Origin: Macrostomum hystrix
Taxonomy: Eukaryota; Animalia; Platyhelminthes
NCBI GenBank assembly: GCA_950097015.1
Contig: CATNEN010000038.1
Span: 12,834,001-12,898,000, forward strand
Direction: 5' to 3'
DNA length: 64,000 bases
In this document: positions 13,201-26,484 of the stretch, one piece after another
How the letters are laid out: every line of letters starts with the position of its first letter
How positions within the stretch are numbered: position 1 is the first letter of the stretch
Program-made: the position numbers and the translations under genes
Notes under the pieces: model-generated
The model's database searches: none
What the model was told of the DNA's origin: nothing
The model's input: only the letters and a program-made list of their open reading frames with translations

Positions 13201-15476
13201 GCTCTAGATAAGCCGGCAAAAATTCGCAACGAAGCCGAACGGATGCGGCCTCACGTACAGCGTCGGGCACGTCGAGGAGCAGCCGGCTGGGCGGATGGAG
13301 CCCGTCGGACGGGCCGGCATCGGAGGGCAGCCAATTTGAGCAGGCCAGAAGGCGGTGAATCTCGGTGGCTAGGCCGGGCTCGCTCAGCTCTCGCTCTAGC
13401 GGGATGGCGGCAATATAGGCGCGGAGTTCAGCCGCAGCTTCGGGACCATCAAAAGGCCAAGTGACGGCGTGGTCGGCGAAAAGACGTGGCAGCCGGACGG
13501 TGAACAGGTAAAGATTTTCAGGACTGATCAGGGATGAGAGCAGCTGCTGCCTGCAAGGGTAAAGTGACAAAAATGTAATTACCGGATACATCGCACTACT
13601 GATAAATAAATTCAGTAATAAGATGAAAAATGATCTATATATTTAAGATTGACTCGACACAATGTCAAAAATATCAAAACTGGCTACTTGCCTGTTGAGA
13701 TAAAAAGTAAATCGAACCCCACAAAACCAAGCCGATATAGAATCAAATCCAATAATTCAGATTCCAATCCGATAATTCAGAATCCAATGCAACAATTCTG
13801 AATCCAATCCCGGTAATTTAGAATCCAATCTCGATAATTCAGAATGAAATCCCAATAGTTTAGAATATAACCCTGATAATTCAGAATCCAAAAACTCAAT
13901 AACTTCGTCAATAACTCAAAGTCCGATCCCGACAATCCTGAATGTTAGAACCGAGTCTCACTGTCACCTGGCAGAGTCGATTCTCAGTTGACCAGCCGGT
14001 GAGCAGACCAGGAAACGGAGGCCGCAGCCACGCAGCATTGGCAGTCCGGCAGCCGGTGCTACAAAGCAGCCTCCGGAATCCACCAGCGTCTCTGGCGCCG
14101 CCGGCAACGCGAGCTGAAGATCGTCTTCGGTGCCAACAAAGATCCAGCGCTCTCTGCTAGATAATTCTCGTCCTTGGGTGTCGCACTCAAGACTCATTAT
14201 GACACCCTCAGTACCGTTGCTCCCAACCGGTATTACCAACTCGCTAGACTGCCAAAACCCGGTAGCAGCGTCGTTGACGACCAGGCGCCTGAGATTTGAC
14301 GCGCATAGCAACCAACGGGGGTCGATTGCTGCGGCTAGCCCGCCAGATTGGGTCAGAGCGGCTGCCACCTGTTGGTTTGAGGATCACGATATTAAAATTT
14401 GCGACCCATCCCAATTTTCGCTTATAGAAAGCCAATCAGGCATAAAACTGCTATTTTGCACTCGCCTCAGGACGCAACGGCAGCACAATGCAGACTCCTG
14501 TGTTGCAGCCGATCAGAGCTGGGCTAGACCAACGGCTACAGCTGGCCTCACCGAGCCACAATGGCAGCAGGCAGGACAGCGGCTGCTTCTCATCTAATTG
14601 AAAGCCGAAATGGAAGCCATTTGAGTGGATCTCAGGCGAGTGGGACAATTCTGCCACGGACCTGCGGAACACGTTCTAAACTCATTGAAATACAACAGTA
14701 ATCTGCGCATAACTATTAGTAGAAATAACGTTAAAAATAATTTAACAGAAAGCCAGGCAACGGATAAATCACGCTCACAGAGCTCCTGAGCCCTGATCCC
14801 CAAGCTCAAAGCCTAGAGCTCCTGAGCCCTGATCCCCAAGCTCACAGCCTAGAGCTCCTGAGCCCTGATCCCCAAGCTCACAGCCTAGAGCTCCTGAGCC
14901 CTGATCCCCAAGCTCACAGCCTAGAGCTCCTGAGCCCTGATCCCCAAGCTCACAGCCTTACCTGATCCATAATTTATCAGTCTGACTTGCTCCCTTAGAC
15001 ATCAGTTCTACCTGACCCCCAAGCTCGTGGTCTATTTTGATCTTTAAGCTTACCGCTTCACCTAATCTCCTAATTCACAAACATATCTTAAAATGCCTGC
15101 CTCACCTAAAACCGAAGCCTCTCCACACGCCGCACACTGACGGCTTGGCGGAGTTGCCCATGGCGCAGATGGCCTGCACGTCGCTTGGCTCAAAACCGGC
15201 AGCCTGGGCGCACTCTACCACCAGACAAATAGCATCTTCAAGCAGGGTCAGCTTAATGGTTGGTACATTGTCGCTACTAAAAGATGCATGCAGATTGCAG
15301 GCTTCGTCAGCATTTACAAACAGTTCAGTAAAGGCTTGTCTCCAGCCAGCACCATGGCGTTGATTAGTAAAAAATTTGCTTATAAGATTAGCGCTATATT
15401 CGGTGCTCTGTGCCAATAAGTCACAGCGAATGCTCTCTATGAGCTGCTCTTTGTCAGGTGTTGCTGCACTCCACAT
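10209..15476 (-). CDS. NO VEIN/sacsin-like protein with N-terminal GHKL (HATPase_c-like) domain; exons 15476-15106, 14661-14466, 14368-13968, 13550-12732, 12393-~10209 (3' end uncertain)
   Basis: The spliced product reads ELFVNADEA...GFEPSDVQAICAMGNSAK...GFGFR|SVAELSHSPEIHSNGFHFGF...LLPLW, matching the NOV/sacsin-type consensus (ELIQNADDA...GIGFKSVF...PEIHSNGFH). All four introns keep frame (phases 2,0,2,2). Intron 2 needs a GC donor. Confidence 0.8.
13740..13950. repeat. Degenerate ~21-bp repeat (AATCCAATCCCGATAATTCAG) in NOV-like intron 3
   Basis: About 9 diverged copies. Confidence 0.75.
14773..14960. repeat. 36-bp minisatellite (CTCACAGCCTAGAGCTCCTGAGCCCTGATCCCCAAG)n in NOV-like intron 1
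   Basis: About 5 copies. Confidence 0.92.
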
Positions 15477-18409
15477 TGGCTGGCTGAGAAAATAAAAATA
15501 GTCAAGATGCAGTGTAGGATTATTTAAATAGTCTAGATTGAAGCAGCTATAAATTTTTGATTTCACAGGCTTCATGGAATTTTTGCAACAGCAAATAACT
15601 AAGATCTAAGCAGTTCAATTAGGAGTCAAGACCGGCAAGTGGCAATACAAAATGTGGTAAAATTGGCAAAGCAAAAACTCTTTAACCATCTACCTATACT
15701 ACTCTTCTATAGTAGTGCTCCTGAGCCATTTAAAGAGTTAAAGCACCATCTATCTTTGTATCTATTTACCAATCACAATACTGCTAGCTATTTTAAGTAG
15801 GTTTCTACCTAATAAACTAAATGAGGCTTCAGTGGAATCAAGGCGCTGATATAAATATAGTGGATCATGCAAAAGGGGAAAGGGAGCAAGAAAAATGTTT
15901 TTTTGTTTCAAACAGATTAGGCCTAACATTTGAATACTTTTTGGCTCCACTCAAGTTTGACAAATTAATTACAATAATTTTTGTAGCAGGGTCAAGTTGG
16001 GGGTGGGGTAGTAGCCATAGTAAATAAATGGGTGTATACCAGATTAATCCAAGTAATCCAATCTAATTAAAGTAATGACATACAAGTTTGCATACTATAA
16101 GATTGAGGTGCCTATTTGTCTTTTCTTTTGCACATGTATTGAAAAATGTTACATTAAAGTATACAATATTTGAAATACAATAACATTAGTACTTTTGCAA
16201 TTAGTCACCAACATACACTGGCACACTAAGATCTTCTAAATCTAGATTTAATCCGCAATACACTCAAGGTGTTCCTGGCAATATGGTAAGTAGTAGTAAA
16301 AATAGATTTGGCTCAGGCAAGAAGCCTGTTGTGCCAATATTGAGCTATGTTTATATTTATTTTCAATAATATGTTATAAAAACAGTTTAAATTGGAACAA
16401 ATATGAAAAAACATTAGAACAAAATGAATAATTTGATAGGACTGTGAGTAAATAAGGTGATAAGATAACAATTGTAAAGGTGTAAAATTTAAAGCTTTAT
16501 TAAAAAATGATCCAAATACAAAAATATTTTCTACAAATTTATAGCATAACAAAAAAATATAAAAATCAGTTAATGCACTTAATTGTGATTTATTATTTAA
16601 TTCTGATAGTGAATCATTATTGTGCAATAAAAAATAGCTAGAAAGTAAAAAAACAATTGCCCTAAGAGTAAATTACTTGAAGCCATAAAACAAACAATTA
16701 AGAGTAGGCCTAAAGACAAAGTGACACTTAAACATAAAAGTTGGTGAACCAAAAGAAATAAGATTTGGCTTTTTTAATTTTCACTAATCTAAAGCCTACC
16801 AGGAATAATAAAAGGAATAATAAAGGAATGTATTTCTATACATTATATAGACAAAAATTGTCCCCGAATCTAAGTCACTTTGTTATCCACCCTCTCACAA
16901 TCTGAAAACCTAATTATTTAAGTTAGGTTATCTATACATATGACAAAGTTATAAAACTATAAGAGGACAATAATTTCTAGGTAGGTGGGCCTATTTCTTA
17001 ATTAAATGCAACAGACAAACTTTATTATCACAAATTAAGGCATAAGCCATAAGACCTTTTGTCAATGAAGTCTAAGAATATAATTAAAGCCTAACACGCT
17101 AAAGGAAAGTAAAAAGTAGGCTAGGCCTCTGTTTATGCAAATTTGTTTTCTTTGTAAAATTTAGTGCAACACTTCATATACTCTCAGTTCAGTAATAATA
17201 AGTAACTTAGCTAGTAAAATCATTTTTTGAATAGGCCCTAATAATAATATACAGAACATAAATAAAAATGTAGGCCAACATATACATCCATCTTCATTAT
17301 TCAGCGCACGCGCCGCAGCATACATTACATCTAGAGAAACAATAGAGTGAAGTTGATCAGATTGTAGTAGATTATTTGGCTCTGGCAAAACGCCAGTTAT
17401 GCCAGTGTGAAAGCAAACATATTATTATGTATTTTTTTGAGAAACTAATTTATTCATTCATTCATTGAATGATTGATTGACTGATTGACGGGATTCGATG
17501 AGAAAGTTTTGAATTTGTCTGTACTTAAAATATATAACAAAATAAAGTTACAATGTAATGATAAAAATCAGTGCTTTGCTATGAAGTTAAAGCTTAAAGT
17601 TTGGCGCAACGTTTTGGTCTACAGCCTAAATTAAACTCTGGGGCTCTGTCATATTGCGTAATTATTTTAGTCTTGGGGCTCATATCGAGCTTTGCACAGT
17701 TAAATCTCCCTGCTCTTATATGTCGCAAGCTTTTAATGTTGCTTCGTTATCTTAGCAAGCCTAGACGCTCAACAATACTCGTCAGACAAATGAATTATTG
17801 TTGCAGCCAAAGTGGGAATCCACAACTATCTCGCACTTTCACTGAGTTACAAACTCTTTACTTTATTATGTTTGTATTGAAAAAATGTGAGCCTTCAAAC
17901 AACACGAGTCGTACTTTGGTTCTTTTACTAATTGCAGAATTTTCGATGAATTAATTTTTTCTATCATCAGTAGTTTATGAAGTTGCCTATTTCAATTTCA
18001 AGTAAGGCCACAATTTAAAGTGGAGTAAACTCCTCGTACTACTTGGTCCTCGAATAAAGATATACATTATCTAAGGTCTATTGTATAATTATACAATTAC
18101 GAAGGTTTTGTATGATTAGCTCGGACAACATCAAGTCAGATGACAGATAATCAGGTAGACATGCGCATGTTCGCTATAGCTGCAAGGCTTACTGCATGCA
18201 TGGTCGTTAATTACGTTAATTAATATTGTAAATTTAAAAGAATAAATCGAGCATAACTTGAATCTTGATTTAACTGAATTCTACGATGACAATATAATTT
18301 GGTCACCCATTCTATTTTAATTTATCAGCTTTATGGATGACGATTAGTTTAAAGAAGAGCTGCAGAAGTTTTTGACAAGTCATGCGCGTCTCTAATACTT
18401 ACAGAGACT

Positions 18410-18438
18410 TATATATTATATATATATATATATATATA
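18410..18438. repeat. (TA)n microsatellite
   Basis: Visible directly. Confidence 0.9.
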
Positions 18439-19506
18439 ACACGGGCATCAGAATAGGAAATGAGAAATTTGATCTATCTCTATAATGTAAATGGCTTGGT
18501 TCCAATTAAGCGCTTAATGTCTGTAAATATAGCTGTACAAAGGTGGAATGCCACCCTGCATCAAGCTAGCTAGCCAGGCAAGGCACTGCATGCATTTTCT
18601 GGATTGGTAAAAATCACTGCATTCAAACAAAACTTTGGCAGTGCCAATATTACTCAAGCCTAACGTGACATTCTCTTATTCTTCTCTCTGGCCCATGCAG
18701 AGGGGAACGACAGGCGCCCAGGTCCAGGAAGTCACTTCAGAAGCAGTCATAATGCAGCTTCCTGTGAGCTGAAGAGCGTGCGCGGAGTGTAGACCTTGAA
18801 TAATAGAGAATAGCAAGCAAAGGATGAATGAGGTTTGATCGGCGGCACACAATGGACCATGCTGCGGCTGCAGTGTAGGGAGGGCACTAAGTAATCTCAG
18901 ACTAATTTTTCTGCGAATCAACTAAAATTTCGAGATGAAGTAGCCCCTTTATATTTACTATAGATGCGCCTAAGTCCGCGCAATCTCTCAATGCAAAAGT
19001 CAAAAAGTCCCCCCGCGCACGTCCCGCTCTTTGCAGTTGAGATCGGGGCATTATACGCGGCGACTCCTTCTCACTCGCTCTTTTCATTCAAGACACACGC
19101 ACACAAATTAAGCTCCGCGCTGTCTTTTGTGTGGACAGTAAAGGCTATATAAGCTTTCAGCACAATGTGGCGCGCCTTGTTGTGTGTGCGTAACACGACT
19201 GCCTGGGTTGGAGGGAGACAGAAATGAAACACGCGGCGCATGCACAGAGAAAATAGTGCAGCACTGCGAGACTGCAGATGGGCGAGTGCGGGAGTGCGCA
19301 CACACAAGCAGGGCGGGTCGCCATTGGACAGTCGAAACAGCTGCGAACTACCCCCCCACCACCAGGCAAACCAAACTAGACTGGACAGCGGCAACCCCTC
19401 CGAGCCACTATCAGCACAAACAAACTCCTTAGCCAAATGCAATCGGTTTGGGCTATAGCAGATTAAAAGCCCGTCTTTCAAAGCCACAGGTCAAGTGTCA
19501 GGGAGT

Positions 19507-19513
19507 TATAAAA
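19507..19513 (+). promoter_or_regulatory. Putative TATA box of IAH1
   Basis: TATAAAA 45 bp upstream of the IAH1 ATG. Confidence 0.4.
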
Positions 19514-19551
19514 TAGAGGCAGAGGAAGAAGGGCAAGAGAAAGAGCCAGGC

Positions 19552-22315
19552 ATGCCACTAGATCGCTGGCCAACTGTAACATTCGTTGGCGACTCTTTAA
19601 CCGAGGTGAGCCGCGCACTGCCATTACCACTGACAACAGCAGACATTGCTGAAGAATTATTTATAAATGTTCTTATAGTATTTTATATGTCCAATCTTTA
19701 GTTTGGCTTCTCGTCAGACGGCTGCTGGCTGGCTCGGGTTGCACACAGCTTGCGACGTCGCTGCGACCTGCGAGTCCGCGGCTTCTCCGGCTACAACACT
19801 CGATGGTGGCGCGCCTGCCTGCCGCGACTGCTGCCAAACTGTTCGGCGGAGGTTGCCAAGGACGCCAGCTCAGCAGCCTGCGTAGTTTTCCTAGGCACCA
19901 ATGACAGCAGTAGAGGAGCTGCTCAGCCGACTCTTCACGTGCCTCTGCCTGAGTTCAAGGACAATTTGAGCTGGATCCTCACGGAGCTCATGCAGGTGAA
20001 TAGCTGATTAGGGATTCGAGCTTGGATCCTCACGGAGCTTATGCAGGTGAATAGCTGATTAGGGATTCGAGCTTGGATCCTCACAAAGCTCATGCAGGTG
20101 AATAGCTGATTGGGGATTCGAGCTTGGATCCTCACGGAGCTCATGCATGTGAATTGCTGATTGGGGATTCGAGCTTGGATCCTCACGGAGCTCATGCAGG
20201 TGAATTGCTGATTGGGGATTCGAGCTTGGATCCTCACGGAGCTTATGCAGGTGAATTGCTGATTGGGGATTCGAGCTTGGATCCTCACGGAGCTTATGCA
20301 GGTGAATAGCTGATTGGGGATTCGAGCTTGGATCCTCACAAAGCTCATGCAGGTGAATGGCTGATTGGGGATTCGAGCTTGGATCCTCACGGAGCTCATG
20401 CAGGTGAATAGCTGATTGGGGATTCGAGCTTGGATCCTCACAAAGCTCATGCAGGTGAATAGCTGATTGGGGATTCGAGCTTGGATCCTCACGGAGCTCA
20501 TGCATGTAAATTGCTGATTGGGGATTCGAGCTTGGATCCTCACGGAGCTCATGCATGTGAATAGCTGATTGGGGATTCGAGCTTGGATCCTCACGGAGCT
20601 TATGCAGGTGAATAGCTGATTGGGGATTCGAGCTTGGATCCTCACGGAGCTTATGCAGGTGAATAGCTGATTGGGGATTCGAGCTTGGATCCTCACAAAG
20701 CTCATGCAGGTGAATGGCTGATTGGGGATTCGAGCTTGGATCCTCACGGAGCTTATGCAGGTGAATAGCTGATTGGGGATTCGAGCTTGGATCCTCACAA
20801 AGCTCATGCAGTTGAATGGCTGATTGGGGATTCGAACTTGGAATCTTGGAAAATAGGAAAATTAATCTTAAATGAAGCAAGTGAAGTATCGAGTTAGAAA
20901 TTCACAAAAATATGCATCGCTTAGCAATCCATAACATCTAGTCTAACTATAAGTCCGTTATGCGCTCAACCTTTGTAATAAGCACAAAGCACAAAGGACC
21001 ATAACGCAGTTTAATGTACTTTTTGATCTTCCCTAGAATCCTTTAGGCGTATCCGCAGGCGAAAAATGGGATTAGGATCTGGGAGCAGCTGCCAGGACTG
21101 GCTGAGAACCCTCGCTCTCTCTCGTCACTGCAGTGAGGAGGATTGAGGCAGATCAGCTCGGACAGGAGGGCTGTGAAGACTAAAGATGAAAGGGAAGTCG
21201 GAGGAAGTGACAGCGATGGGGAAAAAAAGAGGAAAATAAGATAGAGGCTGTTTGAGATGATAGCGCAGCAGTTGTGTCCTCCAGCCTAGCGCAATGTCTC
21301 AATCCTTCATTTCGGAGGCTTCGGCCTGGGTCCCGTTCGATTTAGAAATTGGTCAGTCAGGCTGCACTGTTCATGGGTCTCCGGCCTTGTTCCAGATTAT
21401 CTATATGCAAACTCGATAGCAGAAAAACTGTCAGAAGAATGAAAAAGCTTCCAATCTTATCACAGACCTCAACATGCAGTCTTTCACAATGCTACAATGT
21501 GCTTAAAACTCACCTCAGTCCAACAAAAACTAAAACACAAGCAGGCAAAACTTCACGAATATTCAACTCGAAAAGCACGACACACTCCAGCATCCAATCG
21601 TTCCACAGCGACTGAGCCTGCAACCCGACAGCATTCTGCTGATCAACATTCCGCCAGTTGATGAGGCCGCCTACAAACTCGACTGTCAGGCCAGCGGCTT
21701 TCCTTTTGACAAATTCCTCACCGACTGTAAGCCCTACAACAATGCCATACGGGATGTGGCTGCGGAGTGCGGGGTTGAGGTTCTGGACATCTTTGCACCT
21801 ATCATGGAGCAGGAGGTGCGAGCTCAGGCATTGCCTACCTGTCCTACTGAGAATAGTACTCTTTATCCTATGAACAATGTCACTCCTTGTCCTACTGTGT
21901 GTCACATTATCACAATATCTTACTGCCAAATGTCACACCTCATCCCCACCGCCAATGTCACTCCTGACTCTCACCGCATATGTCACTCCTGATCCCCACC
22001 GCAAATGTCACTCCTCATCCCATTACCAATGTCACTCCACATCCCACCGCCAATGTCACTCCCCATCCCGCCGCCAATGTCACTCCCCATCCCACCGCCA
22101 ATGTCACTCCACAGAGCTGGGAGCAGCTATTCGTGGACGGAATTCACTTTAACTCCAGAGGCTCCTCGCTGGTGTTTGACGTTGTCTGGCCTGCGCTGGA
22201 GCGGCGGCTGAGCAATCTGCCCACGATGTTGCCGGACTTCGAGGAGGCAGCCCAAGTTGGCTTTGATGAAGCCCTTGCCAGGTGGGAGCGGAGAACCCAC
22301 CAAACAGATGACTGA
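19552..22315 (+). CDS. IAH1: Isoamyl acetate-hydrolysing esterase 1 homolog (SGNH/GDSL hydrolase), 251 aa; exons 19552-19605, 19702-19995, 21609-21815, 22115-22315
   Basis: WPTVTFVGDSLTE (block I), RGFSGYNTRW (II), VFLGTNDS (III), HVPLPEFKDNL, ILLINIPPVDE, LFVDGIHFN (V, DxxH). All introns are GT-AG, phase 0. Confidence 0.93.
19968..20845 (+). repeat. 51-bp minisatellite spanning the IAH1 exon 2/intron 2 junction, 17 copies
   Basis: Unit TGGATCCTCACGGAGCTCATGCAG|GTGAATAGCTGATTGGGGATTCGAGCT. The first copy is the real exon end and donor. Confidence 0.97.
21874..22114. repeat. Degenerate ~24-bp repeat (CCAATGTCACTCCCCATCCCACCG) in IAH1 intron 3
   Basis: The last copy runs into the acceptor (AATGTCACTCCACAG|). 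Confidence 0.85.
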
Positions 22316-22479
22316 CAGGAGCTCTGCTACCGTTTCATTAAGCCACTTCCGGCATTCCTAAATCATAAAGATAAAAATTCTTAGTATATATTGTTTTAAT
22401 TACTAACTGCATTCAATGCTTTTATTGATAAGATCAAATCATTTAGATCAAATAAAACACATGGCTATCTCAACTAACT

Positions 22480-22795
22480 TCTACACTGTCGTTGACAATG
22501 TCACTCCTACACTGTCGCTGACAATGTCACTCCTACACTATCTCAGACAATGTGACTCCTACGCTGTCGTTGACAATGTCACTCCTACGCTGTCGTTGAC
22601 AATGTCACTCCTACACTATCTCTTACAATGTCACTCCTACACTATCTCTGACAATGTCACTCTTACACTGTCGTTGACAATGTCACTCCTACACTATCTC
22701 TGACAATGTCACTCCTACACTATCTCTGACAATGTCACTCCTACACAATCTCTGACAATGTCACTCCTACACTGTCGTTGACAATGACATCCTCC
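22480..22795. repeat. 26-bp minisatellite (GACAATGTCACTCCTACACTATCTCT)n downstream of IAH1
   Basis: About 12 copies. Confidence 0.92.
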
Positions 22796-23255
22796 AAAGA
22801 ACGCAATATGCGCTGCTATTTCAGCAACCCAGCTTTCCATGAGCCAAGCGTACAGGGGGTTCTGGAAGTTGAATTAGACTTAAGTTAGAGTTGAGTTAGG
22901 CATAATGCTGCTTAGAAATAAATGCATCCCTTTGCCCCTAGGAACGGCCCCTTGCCCCGCAGTCCACGCATTGAGAGTTCATTGTCAAAAGCCGGAAAAA
23001 AGATGAGCCATTTTCAGAGTTCAACGGTCAATTTAATTGCTTCGAAGATAATTTGATTGCTAAGTCGGGGAATGGCAAAGTGCCTGGAACTGGCACTCAA
23101 GCCTTTCAGAAAAAGCTGACGATGATAGGAGAGTGGTCTTCTGCTTTTGTTATCTGAGATCAGCACGCACGAATCGCGGATTTTTGTACTACTGAAAAAA
23201 TTACTAACAAAACATTAATACTGCTGCAGAATCAACTCACTATTTTGCAAATCAT

Positions 23256-25970
23256 CCAAACTTCACAATCTCACTACTCCAAACTTCACAATCTCACTGC
23301 TCCAAACTTCACAATCTCACTACTCCAAACTTCACAATCTCACTGCTCCAAACTTCACAATCTCACTACTCCAAACTTCACAATCTCACTGCTCCAAACT
23401 TCACAATCTCACTGCTCTAACCTTACAATCTCACTGCTCCAAACTTCACAATCTCACTACTCCAAACTTCACAATCTCACTGCTCCAAATTTCACAATCT
23501 CACTACTCCAAACTTCACAATCTCACTGCTCTAACCTTACAATCTCACTGCTCCAAACTTCACAATCTCACTGCTCCAAACTTCACAATCTCACTGCTCC
23601 AAACTTCACAATCTCACTACTCAAAACTTCACAATCTCACTGCTCTAACCTTACAATCTCACTGCTCCAAACTTCACAATCTCACTGCTCCAAACTTCAC
23701 AATCTCACTGCTCCAAACTTCACAATCTCACTGCTCTAACCTTACAATCTCACTGCTCCAAACTTCACAATCTCACTGCTCCAAAGCTTACAATCTCACT
23801 GCTCCAAACTTTACAATCTCACTGCTCCAAACTTCACAATCTCACTGCTCTAACCTTACAATCTCACTGCTCCAAACTTCACAATCTCACTGCTCCAAAC
23901 CTTACAATCTCACTGCTCCAAACTTCACAATCTCACTGCTCCAAACTTCACAATCTCACTGCTCTAACCTTACAATCTCACTGCTCCAAACTTCACAATC
24001 TCACTGCTCTAACCTTACAATCTCACTGCTCCAAACTTCACAATCTCACTGCTCCAAACCTTACAATCTCACTGCTCCAAACTTCACAATTTCACTGCTC
24101 CAAACCTTACAATCTCACTGCTCCAAAGCTTACAATCTCACTGCTCCAAACTTTACAATCTCACTGCTCCAAACTTCACAATCTCACTGCTCCAAACTTC
24201 ACAATTTCACTGCTCCAAACCTTACAATCTCACTGCTCCAAACCTTACAATCTCACTGCTCCAAACTTCACAATCTCACTGCTCCAAACTTCACAATCTC
24301 ACTGCTCCAAACCTTACAATCTCACTGCTCCAAACCTTACTTGAATCTCACTGCTCCAAAGCTTACAATCTCACTGCTCCAAACCTTACAATCTCACTGC
24401 TCCAAACTTTACAATCTCACTGCTCCAAACTTCACAATCTCACTGCTCTAACCTTACAATCTCACTGCTCCAAACTTCACAATCTCACTGCTCTAACCTT
24501 ACAATCTCACTGCTCCAAACTTCACAATCTCACTGCTCCAAACCTTACAATCTCACTGCTCCAAACTTCACAATTTCACTGCTCTAACCTTACAATCTCA
24601 CTGCTCCAAACTTCACAATCTCACTGCTCCAAAGCTTACAATCTCACTGCTCCAAACTTTACAATCTCACTGCTCCAAACTTCACAATCTCACTGCTCTA
24701 ACCTTACAATCTCACTGCTCCAAACTTCACAATCTCACTGCTCCAAACTTCACAATCTCACTGCTCTAACCTTACAATCTCACTGCTCCAAACTTCACAA
24801 TCTCACTGCTCCAAAGCTTACAATCTCACTGCTCCAAACTTTACAATCTCACTGCTCCAAACTTCACAATCTCACTGCTCTAACCTTACAATCTCACTGC
24901 TCCAAACTTCACAATCTCACTGCTCCAAACCTTACAATCTCACTGCTCCAAACTTCACAATCTCACTGCTCCAAACTTCACAATCTCACTGCTCTAACCT
25001 TACAATCTCACTGCTCCAAACTTCACAATCTCACTGCTCTAACCTTACAATCTCACTGCTCCAAACTTCACAATCTCACTGCTCCAAACCTTACAATCTC
25101 ACTGCTCCAAACTTCACAATTTCACTGCTCCAAACCTTACAATCTCACTGCTCCAAACTTCACAATTTCACTGCTCCAAACCTTACAATCTCACTGCTCC
25201 AAAGCTTACAATCTCACTGCTCCAAACTTTACAATCTCACTGCTCCAAACTTCACAATCTCACTGCTCCAAACTTCACAATTTCACTGCTCCAAACCTTA
25301 CAATCTCACTGCTCCAAACCTTACAATCTCACTGCTCCAAACTTCACAATCTCACTGCTCCAAACTTCACAATCTCACTGCTCCAAACCTTACAATCTCA
25401 CTGCTCCAAAGCTTACAATCTCACTGCTCCAAACTTTACAATCTCACTGCTCCAAACTGCACAATCTCACTGCTCTAACCTTACAATCTCACTGCTCCAA
25501 ACTTCACAATCTCACTGCTCTAACCTTACAATCTCACTGCTCCAAACTTCACAATCTCACTGCTCCAAACCTTACAATCTCACTGCTCCAAACTTCACAA
25601 TTTCACTGCTCCAAACCTTACAATCTCACTGCTCCAAACCTTACAATCTCACTGCTCCAAACTTCACAATCTCACTGCTCCAAACTTCACAATCTCACTG
25701 CTCTAAACTTCACAATTTCACTGCTCCAAACCTTACAATCTCACTGCTCCAAACCTTACAATCTCACTGCTCCAAACTTCACAATCTCACTGCTCCAAAC
25801 TTCACAATCTCACTGCTCCAAACCTTACAATCTCACTGCTCCAAACCTTACTTGAATCTCACTGCTCCAAAGCTTACAATCTCACTGCTCCAAAGCTTAC
25901 AATCTCACTGCTCCAAACCTTACAATCTCACTGCTCCAAAGCTTACAATCTCACTGCTCCAAACCTCCAA
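23256..25970. repeat. 23-bp minisatellite (AAACTTCACAATCTCACTGCTCC)n
   Basis: About 118 copies. The rare variant CTTACTTGAATCTC occurs at ~24337 and ~25847, indicating block duplication. Confidence 0.97.
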
Positions 25971-26484
25971 ACAATTTCAGTCATCATAATCTCAGCATCT
26001 CACTGCTAGATAAAGTAGAACAAATGGCACTGTGCATACATACTAAATACTATCTCTTTATATAAATTTGAGATTCAGATCTGATATTATTTCTATAGAA
26101 GTTTAAATAGTAGCTTTATAGAAGCAACACGATAAAATAAATTATTTAGTTAAGATAATTTTTGACGTTCCCGATGCTAATCTCACAGGATAAGACAGTT
26201 AAATCCCATTTCGCGAATCAAGCAGTTATTACTGCCCACCCTCATCCTTCCCTATTTTGATCCTCTCTAATCCGCACTGCAGTCGTCAAGACCTGCCTCG
26301 GCCATGAAGTCAGGCAAGGTCGACTGCATATTTAGTGATATTATTTATACGGGAAGATTAAAAACTTGCTACGCTCGTACGAGAAGCATATGGTGGCAAA
26401 TGCTAATCTCTATGTCATAGATTTGCGATGCTAAGACGATAAGAAAGCCTTATAAAACGCTGATTGAATTAAATGCTGAATGAT

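Noticed and set aside
19935-20880. Minus-strand repetitive ORFs of 290 and 273 aa
   Set aside because: Antisense read-through of the 51-bp IAH1 junction repeat.
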